Shown here one piece after another: positions 28,725 to 39,128 of a DNA stretch of 64,000 bases. Position 1 is the stretch's first letter. Every line of letters begins with the position of its first letter. A model generated the notes under the pieces. The model did no database searches. It saw only the letters and a program-made list of their open reading frames with translations, and was not told where the DNA came from. Source of the stretch: a bacterium (GTDB lineage Bacteria > Patescibacteriota > Minisyncoccia > UBA6257 > JAGOQP01); assembly GCA_021814695.1 (NCBI GenBank), contig JAKAHY010000006.1:49-64048 (forward strand). The letters are read 5' to 3'. Position numbers and translations under genes: made by a program.

Positions 28725-29192
28725 ATGAATCTAAATAAAGTTTTTATCATAGGCAGAATAACTTCCGATATTGTTCTCAAGGCGACTCCGAGTAACCAGC
28801 CGGTAACAACCATGTCGGTTGCGACCAATCGTGTCTGGACAGACAAGTCCGGCCAAAAACAGGAAGAAGCCGAATTTCACAATGTCGTTGTCTGGGGAAG
28901 ACAAGCTGAATTGGCCAGCCAATTCCTTTCCAAGGGCAGTCTGGTGCTCATAGAAGGGAGATTGCGTACCCGAAGCTGGAAAGATAATAATAATCAGAAT
29001 CGAAAAGTGACCGAAATTGTCTGTGAAAGAATGCAGTTTGGTCCCAGACCTCAAGGTTCGGCTCAACGCCCATTTGTAGCTAAAGCCAAACCAACAGACG
29101 AACACGAAAGTCTAGAGGAGGAATCATTGCCGCAAATTTCTGTAGATGAGTCGCTTGAAGACGAAATTAAACCCGAAGACCTTCCGTTTTAA
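28725..29192 (+). CDS. ssb: Single-stranded DNA-binding protein
   Basis: OB fold, acidic C-terminal tip DLPF. Confidence 0.85.
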   Translation: MNLNKVFIIGRITSDIVLKATPSNQPVTTMSVATNRVWTDKSGQKQEEAEFHNVVVWGRQAELASQFLSKGSLVLIEGRLRTRSWKDNNNQNRKVTEIVCERMQFGPRPQGSAQRPFVAKAKPTDEHESLEEESLPQISVDESLEDEIKPEDLPF

Positions 29193-29215
29193 TCAGTTTT
29201 TATCAAACAATAAAT

Positions 29216-29416
29216 ATGAAACAGTGCTATTTTTGCTCCCAAAACTTAAAAGACGTTGATTATAAAGAGCCTGGACTTTTAAAGCGCTTTGTTTCGGCAC
29301 AGGGTAAGATTATCGACCCTCAGCATACCAGTACCTGCGCCAAACATCAGCGACGTCTGGCCCGCGCCATCAAGAGATCTCGTGCCATGGGACTCATGTC
29401 GGCAGTTAGAAAATAG
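29216..29416 (+). CDS. rpsR: 30S ribosomal protein S18
   Basis: KRFVSAQGKIIDPQHTSTCAKHQRRLARAIKRSRAMGLM. Confidence 0.85.
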   Translation: MKQCYFCSQNLKDVDYKEPGLLKRFVSAQGKIIDPQHTSTCAKHQRRLARAIKRSRAMGLMSAVRK

Positions 29417-29506
29417 TATCGATACCAATATACAAATTTATACGAATGATGCTAATTTTCTGATATTCGTATAATTGGTACGCATTGGTATATTAGTATC
29501 GCGTAT

Positions 29507-30070
29507 ATGTATTCATTAGATTCAACAATTTTTTATTTTCTGTTTAATATCGGCCACAAGCTTGGCGCTGATTGGCTTTTTGTTTTTTTTGCCAGCTATC
29601 TTCCGTACTTGATAGTGATAGCTTTTTTGTACCTGCTCTATAAAAAAGAGGGTGTTCGTGAAAAGATTTATTTGTCCGGATTTACTCTGATTTCTTTGGT
29701 TTTGAGTAGGGGCATAATTACAGAAACCATAAGATACTTTTTTCCCAGAATCAGGCCTTTTATAGCTCTCGGGTTAACGCCGATGTTGGTGGACAAAGCG
29801 GCCTCATTCCCTTCCGGGCATGCGACGTTTTTTTTCGCGTTGGCTTTTTGTACGTTTCTTATAAATAAAAAATGGGGATGGATTATGACCGGAGCCGCCA
29901 CAATAACAACTGTCGCGCGGGTTGTTGCCGGAGTTCACTGGCCCTCGGATATAGTCGGGGGAGCGATAATTGCCGGATTGGTTTTTGCGGCGATGTATTA
30001 CTGGATTTTGCCTCCCAAAAAAATCCAGCCGCCCCAGGACAAACAGGAAACTTTATTGCCGAATGCATAA
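29507..30070 (+). CDS. PAP2-family membrane phosphatase (undecaprenyl-diphosphatase-like)
   Basis: PSGHATFFFA and SR...GVHWPSD motifs. Confidence 0.7.
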   Translation: MYSLDSTIFYFLFNIGHKLGADWLFVFFASYLPYLIVIAFLYLLYKKEGVREKIYLSGFTLISLVLSRGIITETIRYFFPRIRPFIALGLTPMLVDKAASFPSGHATFFFALAFCTFLINKKWGWIMTGAATITTVARVVAGVHWPSDIVGGAIIAGLVFAAMYYWILPPKKIQPPQDKQETLLPNA

Positions 30071-30100
30071 AACACCCGAAAGGGTGTTTTTGATGATAAA

Positions 30101-31429
30101 TTATTTCAGTTTTGAAACGATTCTGTTGAATATCTCTCCCCGATGATATTCGTTTTTAAACATCCCAAACGAAGCGAATCCCGGGCTAAAAAGGATAACG
30201 TCTCCTTGCTCGGCTGTTTTGCGCGCAAAATTCACCGCATCTTTTAGATTTCCGAATTCGTCGGATATTTTTTTTAGTTGCGGGTTTTCCGAGATTAATT
30301 TATCTGTTCCCGTTCCGGACAAAAGAATAATTTTTTTTGCGTATTTTTTGATAACTCGGACGAGGTCTTTTGTTGAAAGGTTCTTATCGGCTCCACCGGC
30401 AATTAAAATGATGTTTTTTCCGATTCCCACAGCCTTGAGCGCCGCTATTGTCGCATCGGGCGTTGTTGAGTTGGTGTCGTTGTATATTTTTATTCCTTTT
30501 ATCATTTTTATTAATTCCAGGCGCCCCTCAATAGGTTTGAAAGTTGAAAGGGATTTTTTTATCACATTGTCCGGCATCCCCAGAGTACGGGCGGTTTCGA
30601 TTGCGATTGAGGCGTTATATTGGTTGTGTTTTCCCTCCAGATTCATCTTCCAATCGTGGGGCAGATTGCCGCTTGAAACAATCATCCGGCCGTTAATTTT
30701 TCCTCCCCATTTTTTTATGAACGGGAGCGCCTGCTTGCCCGTTATTAATGTATCGTTCTTTTTCTGATATTTGAAAATATTAGCTTTGTCCGAAAAATAT
30801 TTTTTCATATCATTGCCGTAGTAGTTCATATGGTCCGGTAAAAATGTCGTAAAAACAGCCAGTTGTGGGGAAATCTTATCTTCTCCAAATCCCTGCAGTT
30901 GCCAGGAGTCCAGTTCAAGAACGGCAAAATCGTATTTATCGGCTTTGGGCAGAAACGATAAAGTTGAAACGCCTTTTATGTTTCCTCCCATAAGAACTTT
31001 TTTACCGGCTGCTTTTAGTATGTGGGCAATCAAGTGTGTTGCGGTAGATTTGCCGCGGGTTCCGGTAATCCCAATAATCGGCAGTCCGGAAAAACGCGCG
31101 AAAAGAGCCGAGCTCATTTCAACCGGTATCTTATGTTTTTTAGCTTCTTTTATGAAAGGGGAATTTAAGGGAACTCCGGCGGCTTTTAAAATCATGTCCC
31201 GATTTCTGAAATCTTCGGATCGGTGCTTGCCGAGAACAAATCTTACGTTTTTATATTTGGAAAGTTTTTTTAAAGAAGAAGACAGCTGTTTTTTTGTTTT
31301 CAAATCCGTGACTATTAACCTGGCTCCAAGAGATGCTAAAAACGCGGCATCGCCGATGCCGCGCCCAAGCAATCCAAGCCCCATTAAGGTGATTTTTTTA
31401 TTTTTAAAAAATGACTTGTAGGAAACCAT
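30101..31429 (-). CDS. murD: UDP-N-acetylmuramoylalanine--D-glutamate ligase
   Basis: N-terminal GLGLLGRG Rossmann motif, GTRGKST and GGNIG motifs; start taken at MVSYK (the upstream extension of ORF 30101..31804 overlaps a tRNA). Confidence 0.8.
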   Translation of the reverse strand: MVSYKSFFKNKKITLMGLGLLGRGIGDAAFLASLGARLIVTDLKTKKQLSSSLKKLSKYKNVRFVLGKHRSEDFRNRDMILKAAGVPLNSPFIKEAKKHKIPVEMSSALFARFSGLPIIGITGTRGKSTATHLIAHILKAAGKKVLMGGNIKGVSTLSFLPKADKYDFAVLELDSWQLQGFGEDKISPQLAVFTTFLPDHMNYYGNDMKKYFSDKANIFKYQKKNDTLITGKQALPFIKKWGGKINGRMIVSSGNLPHDWKMNLEGKHNQYNASIAIETARTLGMPDNVIKKSLSTFKPIEGRLELIKMIKGIKIYNDTNSTTPDATIAALKAVGIGKNIILIAGGADKNLSTKDLVRVIKKYAKKIILLSGTGTDKLISENPQLKKISDEFGNLKDAVNFARKTAEQGDVILFSPGFASFGMFKNEYHRGEIFNRIVSKLK

Positions 31430-31431
31430 TG

Positions 31432-31515
31432 TGCCGAGGGCGGGGGTCGAACCCGCATGACCTTGCGGCCACAGGATTTTGAGTCCTGCGCGTCTGCCAG
31501 TTCCGCCACCTCGGC
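31432..31515 (-). tRNA. tRNA-Leu(CAA)
   Basis: Reverse complement gives acceptor gccgagg/cctcggc, anticodon loop ctCAAaa, long variable arm, T-loop ttcgacc. Confidence 0.8.
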
Positions 31516-31678
31516 AAATATAATCTCGTCGGACCTCGATCAAAAAAGAGTTTGAGGTGTCGGTCCGGGGAGCTTTTGCTCCCGTTGAAAAGCTCGTCCG
31601 CTTTCCAACCCACCTCGGCAATTCCTGTATCGGAATAAAATTGATAATATCAGCATTTTCCGCTAAAATCAATTTCAA

Positions 31679-32488
31679 ATGGCTCGTGTTATCGCAATTT
31701 GCAATCAAAAAGGCGGAGTCGGAAAAACGACGACCGCAATCAATCTTGGTGCTTACTTGGCCGCGCTTGGAAAAAAAGTTCTTGTTGTGGATTTTGATCC
31801 TCAAGGAAATGCATCATCGGGTTTGGGATTTTCTCCAAGATTTTTAAAGGAAAGCGTGTATCACGCTCTTTTCGGATATTTGCAGCACGATGCCGTTATA
31901 AAACAGGCTCCGCTCATGAATCTTCATGTAATGCCGGCCAGCCCTGATCTTGCCGGAGCATTAATTGAATTAATGGAAGTTCCCGATAGGGAATTTGTTT
32001 TAAGGCGTCTTTTGAATAAATTACGCCATCAATACCATTACATATTAATTGACCTTCCTCCGAGCTTGAGCCTGCTTACGGTCAACGGCCTTGTGGCAGC
32101 CGACGAAGTTTTGATTCCTATACAGGCCGAGTATTACAGTTTAGAGGGATTAGGCCAGCTTCTCGAGACGGTTGAGCTGATAAATAAGAATCTTTTGACC
32201 AATATAAAAATAACCGGAGCGGTTATCACGATGTATAACAAGCACGAGACATTAAGCCGTGACGTTGCCAGGGAAGTCAGGCGGCACTTCCCACATTACG
32301 TCTTTGAAATAGAAATTCCACGTTCCATTTCTCTTGCCGAAAGCCCAAGTTTTTCAAAGCCTGTAATTTTATACGACCCGGGATCTTCGGGTGCTAAGGC
32401 CTACGAACTGCTTGCCCGCGAATTAATCAGGCAAGAACAGGAAGCTTCGGGCGTATTGAACCAAGGCTTTGGAAGCGTTACACTTTAG
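31679..32488 (+). CDS. parA: Chromosome partitioning ATPase ParA/Soj
   Basis: KGGVGKTT Walker A. Confidence 0.9.
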   Translation: MARVIAICNQKGGVGKTTTAINLGAYLAALGKKVLVVDFDPQGNASSGLGFSPRFLKESVYHALFGYLQHDAVIKQAPLMNLHVMPASPDLAGALIELMEVPDREFVLRRLLNKLRHQYHYILIDLPPSLSLLTVNGLVAADEVLIPIQAEYYSLEGLGQLLETVELINKNLLTNIKITGAVITMYNKHETLSRDVAREVRRHFPHYVFEIEIPRSISLAESPSFSKPVILYDPGSSGAKAYELLARELIRQEQEASGVLNQGFGSVTL

Positions 32489-32498
32489 CCATATTTAT

Positions 32499-33473
32499 AT
32501 GTTAGGAAAAGGTTTAGAATCATTGATTCCAAAAAAACAGCCCCCTAAAGACGACACAAATTCGCCTGTTTCTGATTTTTCCGGAAGCCAAAATAATAAC
32601 CGGCCCGCCGACGGTTTTGAGTCGGGCGTAAATGCCGGCGATCCGCCGAAAATATCGGGTCCGATTTTCCATATTGAGGCCGAAAAAATAATTCTCAATC
32701 CTTACCAGCCCAGAAAGGAATTTGACCAGGAAGCGCTAAAAGAATTAGCCATATCGATAAGGGAATTCGGAATATTACAGCCTCTGGTTGTATCCAAAAT
32801 AGAAGAAGTGACGGAAAACGGAACCAGAGTTACCTATCAGCTTATTGCCGGGCAACGCCGCTTAATGGCTTCAAAAATTGCCGGGCTTAAAACTGTTCCG
32901 GTAATAATCCGCAATGCTCTCAAAAAAACCGAAGCGCTTGAGATGGCTATAGTGGAAAATATCCAGCGCGCGGATCTTAATACTTTAGAAACGGCACGGG
33001 CCTACTCGCGTCTTTCGGATGAATTCGGACTGACCCAAAGAGAAATCGCCGCCCGTCTTGGAAAAAGCAGAGAGGTGATTGCCAATGCTTTGCGGCTTTT
33101 ATCGCTTCCGACAGAAATTCAAGAGGCTATCTCCAAAGGAAAAATAAACGAAAGCCATGCGCGCCTCCTTCTGCAGATTGAGGAGCCGGATAAGCAAATG
33201 GAAATTTTTAACCGTATCATAAACGAAAATTTAAGTGTCCGCGATATCAGGCACCAGGTAAAACAACGGACTCCGGATACTACCCTCGAGTCAAAACCGC
33301 TTACTGCCGATGATTTGGAACTCAAACAAGTTGAGCGCGACCTGTCAGAATTTTTGGGCGCTCCGGTTAATGTTGAATTTTCCCGCTCCGGAGGGAAAAT
33401 TGTGATTCATTTCTACTCACCCGAAGAAGCCAAAGGCATCGCTCATCGCATAAAACCCGAAGATTTGATGTAA
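32499..33473 (+). CDS. parB: ParB/Spo0J (start at MLGKGLESLI preferred)
   Basis: GILQPLVV, IAGQRR, HTH region. Confidence 0.85.
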   Translation: MLGKGLESLIPKKQPPKDDTNSPVSDFSGSQNNNRPADGFESGVNAGDPPKISGPIFHIEAEKIILNPYQPRKEFDQEALKELAISIREFGILQPLVVSKIEEVTENGTRVTYQLIAGQRRLMASKIAGLKTVPVIIRNALKKTEALEMAIVENIQRADLNTLETARAYSRLSDEFGLTQREIAARLGKSREVIANALRLLSLPTEIQEAISKGKINESHARLLLQIEEPDKQMEIFNRIINENLSVRDIRHQVKQRTPDTTLESKPLTADDLELKQVERDLSEFLGAPVNVEFSRSGGKIVIHFYSPEEAKGIAHRIKPEDLM

Positions 33474-33499
33474 AAAACCGCCCTAATTTCGGGCGGTTT

Positions 33500-35203
33500 T
33501 TACTCGACTATTTTGTATCCTATCTCTTTAACCCCATTGATTTTTTTCATCTTAAGCATGAGCATTTCGGCTTTTTCTTTGTTTTCAGTGTCGATTACGA
33601 TTTTGATAAACGGATATTTTTCGTTCAAGAAGGTTTCCAATTTTATTACAGGAATGTGATTTCTGGAAATTATGGCGCTCAAATCTTTGATCAGGCCGAT
33701 GCGGGCCTCACATGTAATTTTGTATTCGGTCTTTTTGGGAATTGGGCTGGCTTTTTTTAAGGAGGCTTTGATTTTCTTTTTTGCGTAATGCGTTTTTACC
33801 AAAGCCAGCCATCCCTCGGAAGGCTTTTTATTTTTTTGGGTTAAAACTTCAACGATATCTCCTGACTGCAAGGGGGCGTCGAGTGATACGATTTTATTGT
33901 TAACTTTGGCGCCGACGCACGAATCTCCCACAGAACTGTGAATGTGGTAGGCAAAATCAATCGGAGTTGCTCCAACGGGCATGTCTATAACCCTGCCCTT
34001 GGGAGTCAGCACAAATATCCTGTCGGAAAAGAAATCCACTTTTAAGGCTTCAATAAATTCCTTTGAGCCCGGAAATTGGCTTTGCCAGTTTTTAAGTTGG
34101 CGAATCCAAATCGATTCTTTGGAATCAAGCGCTGCTATTTTTCCCTCGTTATATTCACTAGTGCCTTTTTTGGACTCGTAAAACCAGTGAGCCGCGGCTC
34201 CGTGTTCGGCCTGTTCGTGCATGTCTACTGTTCTTATCTGAAATTCGGTTGGCCTGTCGTCTACACAAAAAACGGTCGTATGCAAACTTTGATAGCCATT
34301 GGGTTTGGGAAGGGCGATATAATCCTTGATTCTTCCGGGAAGCGGGGGCCAAAGCTGATGGATGACTCCAAGCGTTAGATAGCATTCCTCAACCGTATTG
34401 ACTATCAGCCTTAGGGCGACCAAGTCGTAAATATTTTCCAGATTCATATCATAGCGCAGCAATTTTTTGTAAAGGCTGTAAAATCTTTTTGCTCTGTAGT
34501 CCAAAGAGAGAGGTTTTATTCCGGATTTTTCAAGCTGATTTTTTACTACCGGCTCTACATTTTTTAAGTAGCGCATTCTTTCTTCAAAGGTTTCTTTAAC
34601 GTTTTCGGTGACCCATTTGTGCTTATCCGGATATATGTAGGGGAATGCCAGGTCTTCAAGTTCTCCGGCGACGTTCTGCATTCCCAGCCTGTAGGCCAAA
34701 GGGGCATAAATTTCGGCTGTTTCAACGGCTATTCTTTTTTGTTTTTGCTGAGGAACATACCGTAGGGTTTTCATATTGTGCAATCTGTCGGCGAGCTTTA
34801 TAAAAACAACCCGCAAGTCTTTGCTTATCGCAAGTATCATTTTTCTCAACGACTCCAACCCCTGGTCGTCTTCATGGTATTTAAGCGCGCCTAGTTTTGT
34901 AACTCCTTCAACAAGAAATGTTATTTCCTCCCCAAACTCTTTTTTGAGGGATTCGGCCGATATTTTACAGTCTTCAATTGTGTCGTGCAAAAGGCCGGCC
35001 GCTATGGATTGGTAGTCCAGGCGCCACATAGCCAGTTTATAAGCCGTCTCGAAAATATGAGAAAAGTAATTTTCTCCACTGGCCCGCTTCTGATTTTTGT
35101 GGGCGTTTTTAGCGAAAGCAAAAGCCCGGGCGATGACCTGCGCGCCGTTTTCGTCGCTTGGAAAATGTTTTTTGAATTCTTTGATAAGCTTATCCAGCGT
35201 CAT
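33500..35203 (-). CDS. rel: Bifunctional (p)ppGpp synthetase/hydrolase Rel/SpoT (start at MTLDKLIKE)
   Basis: HD domain (LLHDTIED), synthetase domain, TGS and ACT domains. Confidence 0.85.
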   Translation of the reverse strand: MTLDKLIKEFKKHFPSDENGAQVIARAFAFAKNAHKNQKRASGENYFSHIFETAYKLAMWRLDYQSIAAGLLHDTIEDCKISAESLKKEFGEEITFLVEGVTKLGALKYHEDDQGLESLRKMILAISKDLRVVFIKLADRLHNMKTLRYVPQQKQKRIAVETAEIYAPLAYRLGMQNVAGELEDLAFPYIYPDKHKWVTENVKETFEERMRYLKNVEPVVKNQLEKSGIKPLSLDYRAKRFYSLYKKLLRYDMNLENIYDLVALRLIVNTVEECYLTLGVIHQLWPPLPGRIKDYIALPKPNGYQSLHTTVFCVDDRPTEFQIRTVDMHEQAEHGAAAHWFYESKKGTSEYNEGKIAALDSKESIWIRQLKNWQSQFPGSKEFIEALKVDFFSDRIFVLTPKGRVIDMPVGATPIDFAYHIHSSVGDSCVGAKVNNKIVSLDAPLQSGDIVEVLTQKNKKPSEGWLALVKTHYAKKKIKASLKKASPIPKKTEYKITCEARIGLIKDLSAIISRNHIPVIKLETFLNEKYPFIKIVIDTENKEKAEMLMLKMKKINGVKEIGYKIVE

Positions 35204-35269
35204 ATTTGATATAATGCTAACAATATGATAGAAATTAGTCAGTTCGTCAACAATTGAAGGGGGTGGAAG

Positions 35270-35905
35270 GTGGGAGAGTTTCTGCCGGTGGAAACCGAAG
35301 GAGAAAACAAAATAGGATCCAGGTATCCCGGATACAGATGGATTCATTCCAGTTTCGATGATATTGGTTTTGAAAAGGAAGACGGATCGGGGTTTGAGAT
35401 TATTGAGGTTTTAGGAAAGCCGAAACCGGAAGTAAAAGATGGCCAAAGGATTCTAAAGCAGCGGATCATCTGTGTTCTTAAAGACGAAGAGGCGTCTTTG
35501 TATGAAATGCTTCAGTGGGATGATCCCTGGCGACATCATCTTGCCGTGGGAATGGCCTATTTGTTCAGATCGGCAATAGCGTTTTTTATTCTGATTGCGC
35601 TGCAATTTGTGGCCATGAGCTTTATGGTATCGGCAGCCGGAAATTCTTTGTTTTCCGGATTTATAGCAGTGGTCTCGGCTTTGATTGTGTGTGCGGTATT
35701 ATCCGCGCTCGAAATTGCTTTGTTTTGGATAACAAAACCATGGCATTTTCCCAAGATAATCAAAACCATTTTATTTATCCGCTCCCTATCCAGACGCTCC
35801 GGGCGCAATATCGGCTATTACGCGGATATGTTGAAAGTCATCTCGCGTGAAGCGAATTGTTCCGACCGGGCTTCTGCCGCCGGAAAATTGCTTAAATTTT
35901 TTTAA
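35270..35905 (+). CDS. Hypothetical membrane protein
   Basis: ORF with two long hydrophobic segments. Confidence 0.4.
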   Translation: MGEFLPVETEGENKIGSRYPGYRWIHSSFDDIGFEKEDGSGFEIIEVLGKPKPEVKDGQRILKQRIICVLKDEEASLYEMLQWDDPWRHHLAVGMAYLFRSAIAFFILIALQFVAMSFMVSAAGNSLFSGFIAVVSALIVCAVLSALEIALFWITKPWHFPKIIKTILFIRSLSRRSGRNIGYYADMLKVISREANCSDRASAAGKLLKFF

Positions 35906-35946
35906 AAAAAGGACCGCATCACGGCCCTATTTTTATGATTTTGAGA

Positions 35947-38196
35947 TTATTTTCTTTTAGCCGGACGTTTTTTCCCGTCCGGTTTTTCTTTCGGTTTGTT
36001 TTTCCATTGGATATAAAGTTCTCCCAGTTCTTTTTCCGTTTCCGGTTTTTTGTTGATTATAAAATTACAATCCGGCCAGCGGGTGCAGGCATAAAACGGT
36101 TTGCCCCTGCCACGGCCTCTTTTTTCCACTATATCTCCGGGATTGTCCTTCCGTTCGGGAGTATCCAGACACAAGGGGCAAACAAATCCCGTTTTATTCC
36201 ATATTTTTTTAATTCCTTTGCAGGTCGGGTAATCAACGCATCCCAAAAAGTATCCGAATCGGCCTCTTCTGACTTTCATCAATTTTCCGCATAGAGGGCA
36301 CTTTTCCCCCTTGGTTTTTTCCTCGAGTTCTTTGATTTTTGCCGCTTCCTCCGGCATAGGAAGAGTAACTTTGGCGCCTTCGGGACAGGCTAGGAATTTA
36401 CCCATACGGCCGAATTTTATCAGCATCGGTTTGCCGCAATGGGGGCAGGGGGTTTCTGAAATTTGGATATTTTTTTCAACCTCAGCCTCTTTTTCGGTTA
36501 AGTGTTTCTTGAATGGACCATAAAATTCGGCGCAGACATTTGTCCATGGGATTTTGCCTTGGGCGATTTCGTCCAATTCCTCTTCTATATGAGAGGTAAA
36601 GTTGATATCTACAATTTCGGGAAAATGTTCAACCAACATATCGTTGACCATAAAACCGATTTCTGTCGGATGATATTTTTTTTCTATTTTTTCGACATAA
36701 CCGCGCTCCTGAATTGTGGATAGGGTGGGAGCATAAGTTGACGGTCGGCCGACACCGTAAGATTCCAGAGCTTTCACCAGGGTGGCATCGGTATAGCGAG
36801 CGGGCGGTTCGGTAAAGTGTTGCAGGGGATTTATCTCTTTAGCTATTATCTTCTCGTTTTTTGTAAGAGCCGGCAGGACGCCCTCCATCTCTTGGGCGGG
36901 TTCGTCTTGGCCTTCGGTATAAACCCGGATAAATCCATCAAATAATACTACCTGTCCGGTGGCCCTGAAGGTAAATTTGTCATCGCCGGTATTTATATCG
37001 GCCGAAGTCTGTTCCATTTTTGCCGATTGCATTTGAGAAGCGATGGTTCTTTTCCAAATCAAAGAGTACAGTCTCAACTGACTCCTTTCTTTTAATCCTA
37101 TTGAATCCGGCGTTTTTGAAAGATCGGTCGGGCGGATAGCTTCGTGAGCCTCTTGGGCGCCTTTGCTTTTATTAGCAAAATATCTGGGAGAAGAAATCTG
37201 GTATTTACTTCCGAATTGAGAGCCGATTACGTTCTGCGCCTGCGCCAGCGCCGATTGAGCCAAATTGAGGCTGTCGGTGCGCATATAGGTAATAAAACCC
37301 TTTTCATAAAGCTGTTGAGCCACAACCATTGTTTGTTTTGCCGAAAAACCCAACTTTCTGGCGGATTCCTGTTGAAGAGTAGAGGTTGTAAATGGAGGAG
37401 ACGGATTTCTCTGGACTTCTTTTTTTGAAATGTCGGCTATGTGGAATTTAGAACCCTTAAGTTTGCCCATTATCTCTTCGGCCCGTTCACGACCGGAGAT
37501 TGCCATTTTTGAAATTGATTTTCCGTCTATAGCCTGAAGGTATGCATGAAACGTATTGACGCTTTTATCTTTAGAAAATTCTCCCTCAATTGACCAGTAT
37601 TCTTCCTTATTGAAATTTTGAATTTCTCTTTCTTTTTCGACAACCAATCTCAAAGCGACGCTTTGGACTCTTCCGGCCGAAAGTCCGTAACGGATTTTGT
37701 GCCATAAAAAAGGAGAAAGCTCGTATCCAACGAGCCTATCCAGCACTCTGCGGGCCTGCTGGGCGTCTACAAGATTCATATCTATGTCCCGCGGATTTTT
37801 GAGCGCTTCTTGAATGGCATTTTTTGTAATTTCATGGAAAACGATGCGCTTGGTTGGAGGGAGTTTTTTGGTTTCTGATTTTTTACTCCGTTTCTTTTCA
37901 TCGGGTGCCAATGCCTTGGTAAGGTGCCAGGCGATAGCCTCTCCTTCGCGGTCTTCATCGCTTGCCAGAATTATTTCGCTGGCCTTCTGGGCCGCTTCCT
38001 TTAATTCGGCAACGTGTTCCTTGGCTTTAATAGGTATTACATAAGTAGGAGCGAAATCGTTATCTATATCTATTCCTGTTTTGCTTTTGGGTAAATCTCG
38101 CACATGTCCATAAGAAGAAAGCACTTTAAATCCGCTTCCTAGGAATCCGGAAATAGTTTTTGCTTTTGTTGGTGATTCTACAATAATAAGTTTCAT
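35947..38196 (-). CDS. topA: DNA topoisomerase I with C-terminal zinc ribbons
   Basis: TOPRIM MKLIIVESPTKAKTI, catalytic GFITYMRTDS, multiple CxxC...CxxC. Confidence 0.9.
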   Translation of the reverse strand: MKLIIVESPTKAKTISGFLGSGFKVLSSYGHVRDLPKSKTGIDIDNDFAPTYVIPIKAKEHVAELKEAAQKASEIILASDEDREGEAIAWHLTKALAPDEKKRSKKSETKKLPPTKRIVFHEITKNAIQEALKNPRDIDMNLVDAQQARRVLDRLVGYELSPFLWHKIRYGLSAGRVQSVALRLVVEKEREIQNFNKEEYWSIEGEFSKDKSVNTFHAYLQAIDGKSISKMAISGRERAEEIMGKLKGSKFHIADISKKEVQRNPSPPFTTSTLQQESARKLGFSAKQTMVVAQQLYEKGFITYMRTDSLNLAQSALAQAQNVIGSQFGSKYQISSPRYFANKSKGAQEAHEAIRPTDLSKTPDSIGLKERSQLRLYSLIWKRTIASQMQSAKMEQTSADINTGDDKFTFRATGQVVLFDGFIRVYTEGQDEPAQEMEGVLPALTKNEKIIAKEINPLQHFTEPPARYTDATLVKALESYGVGRPSTYAPTLSTIQERGYVEKIEKKYHPTEIGFMVNDMLVEHFPEIVDINFTSHIEEELDEIAQGKIPWTNVCAEFYGPFKKHLTEKEAEVEKNIQISETPCPHCGKPMLIKFGRMGKFLACPEGAKVTLPMPEEAAKIKELEEKTKGEKCPLCGKLMKVRRGRFGYFLGCVDYPTCKGIKKIWNKTGFVCPLCLDTPERKDNPGDIVEKRGRGRGKPFYACTRWPDCNFIINKKPETEKELGELYIQWKNKPKEKPDGKKRPAKRK

Positions 38197-39077
38197 AAAA
38201 TTTTCGAGCTTTTATATTTTCCTCCTTCATCAATTATTATTCCATTAAACATCATCTGCATCAGGGAGGAGGTGATGTCTCGGGGGTTCAGTTTAGTTAT
38301 TTCGCAAATCTTGTCAACCGAAACGGGGTCGCCACTGGATTGTATGATATCAAATATGCGCTTCTGAGTCTCGTTTTCAAAACGGAAGGCGTCGGAAGTT
38401 TTTTCGCCGAGCTCACTACTCCATTTTAAATCATCCAAAACTTCAGATGGCTTTGTCACCAGTCTGGCCCCATTTCGTATGAGTTGGTGGGATCCGGAAT
38501 AAAGACTTGAGGATATATTACCCGGAACCACAAAGACTGGTTTGTTTTGTTTTATGGCAAATTGAGCGGTAGCCAATGCTCCCGATTCCTTGGGGGCCTC
38601 CACTATAATTATCGCCTCCGAAAGGCCGCTTATAATTCTGTTACGCACTATAAATTGGCTGGCATAAGGAGGGGTCAGAGCGGGATATTCCGAAACCAGA
38701 CAACCTCCGGTGTCGATAATTTTTCTGGCAATGCCGGAGTTTGATGATGGGTATATGGAATCCAGGCCATGGGCAAGGACCGCCCAGCTTATTCCATTTT
38801 CATCCAACGCGCCCTGGTGAGCTGCCGCATCTATCCCAAGAGCAAGACCGCTGACGATAGCACATCCATTTCTGGATAGATAACGGGAAAATTCATAAGC
38901 GATTGACTTGCCCGATTCGGATGCTTTTCTGGTTCCGACAATGGCAACCGCTTTTGAATGATTTGGTGCCGTCCCTCTTAAAAATATAGCCTTGGGAGGG
39001 GATGGAATTTTGGACAGTAATTGCGGATAGCCGGCTTCGTTGATGTTTATTTTTATTATGCTCAAATTGTCTTTCAC
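38193..39077 (-). CDS. dprA: DNA processing protein DprA/Smf
   Basis: Rossmann-like DprA core and C-terminal wHTH. Confidence 0.85.
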   Translation of the reverse strand: MKDNLSIIKININEAGYPQLLSKIPSPPKAIFLRGTAPNHSKAVAIVGTRKASESGKSIAYEFSRYLSRNGCAIVSGLALGIDAAAHQGALDENGISWAVLAHGLDSIYPSSNSGIARKIIDTGGCLVSEYPALTPPYASQFIVRNRIISGLSEAIIIVEAPKESGALATAQFAIKQNKPVFVVPGNISSSLYSGSHQLIRNGARLVTKPSEVLDDLKWSSELGEKTSDAFRFENETQKRIFDIIQSSGDPVSVDKICEITKLNPRDITSSLMQMMFNGIIIDEGGKYKSSKIL

Positions 39078-39128
39078 TGTGAATCATTATACAATAATGA
39101 TTAATAAGGGTGTGAGTAATTATTTTTT

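Noticed and set aside
31430-31804. N-terminal 125-aa extension of the murD ORF (MRIKIHNK...)
   Set aside because: It overlaps a well-formed tRNA-Leu(CAA) on the same strand and has no similarity to Mur ligases. The murD start is placed at MVSYK.
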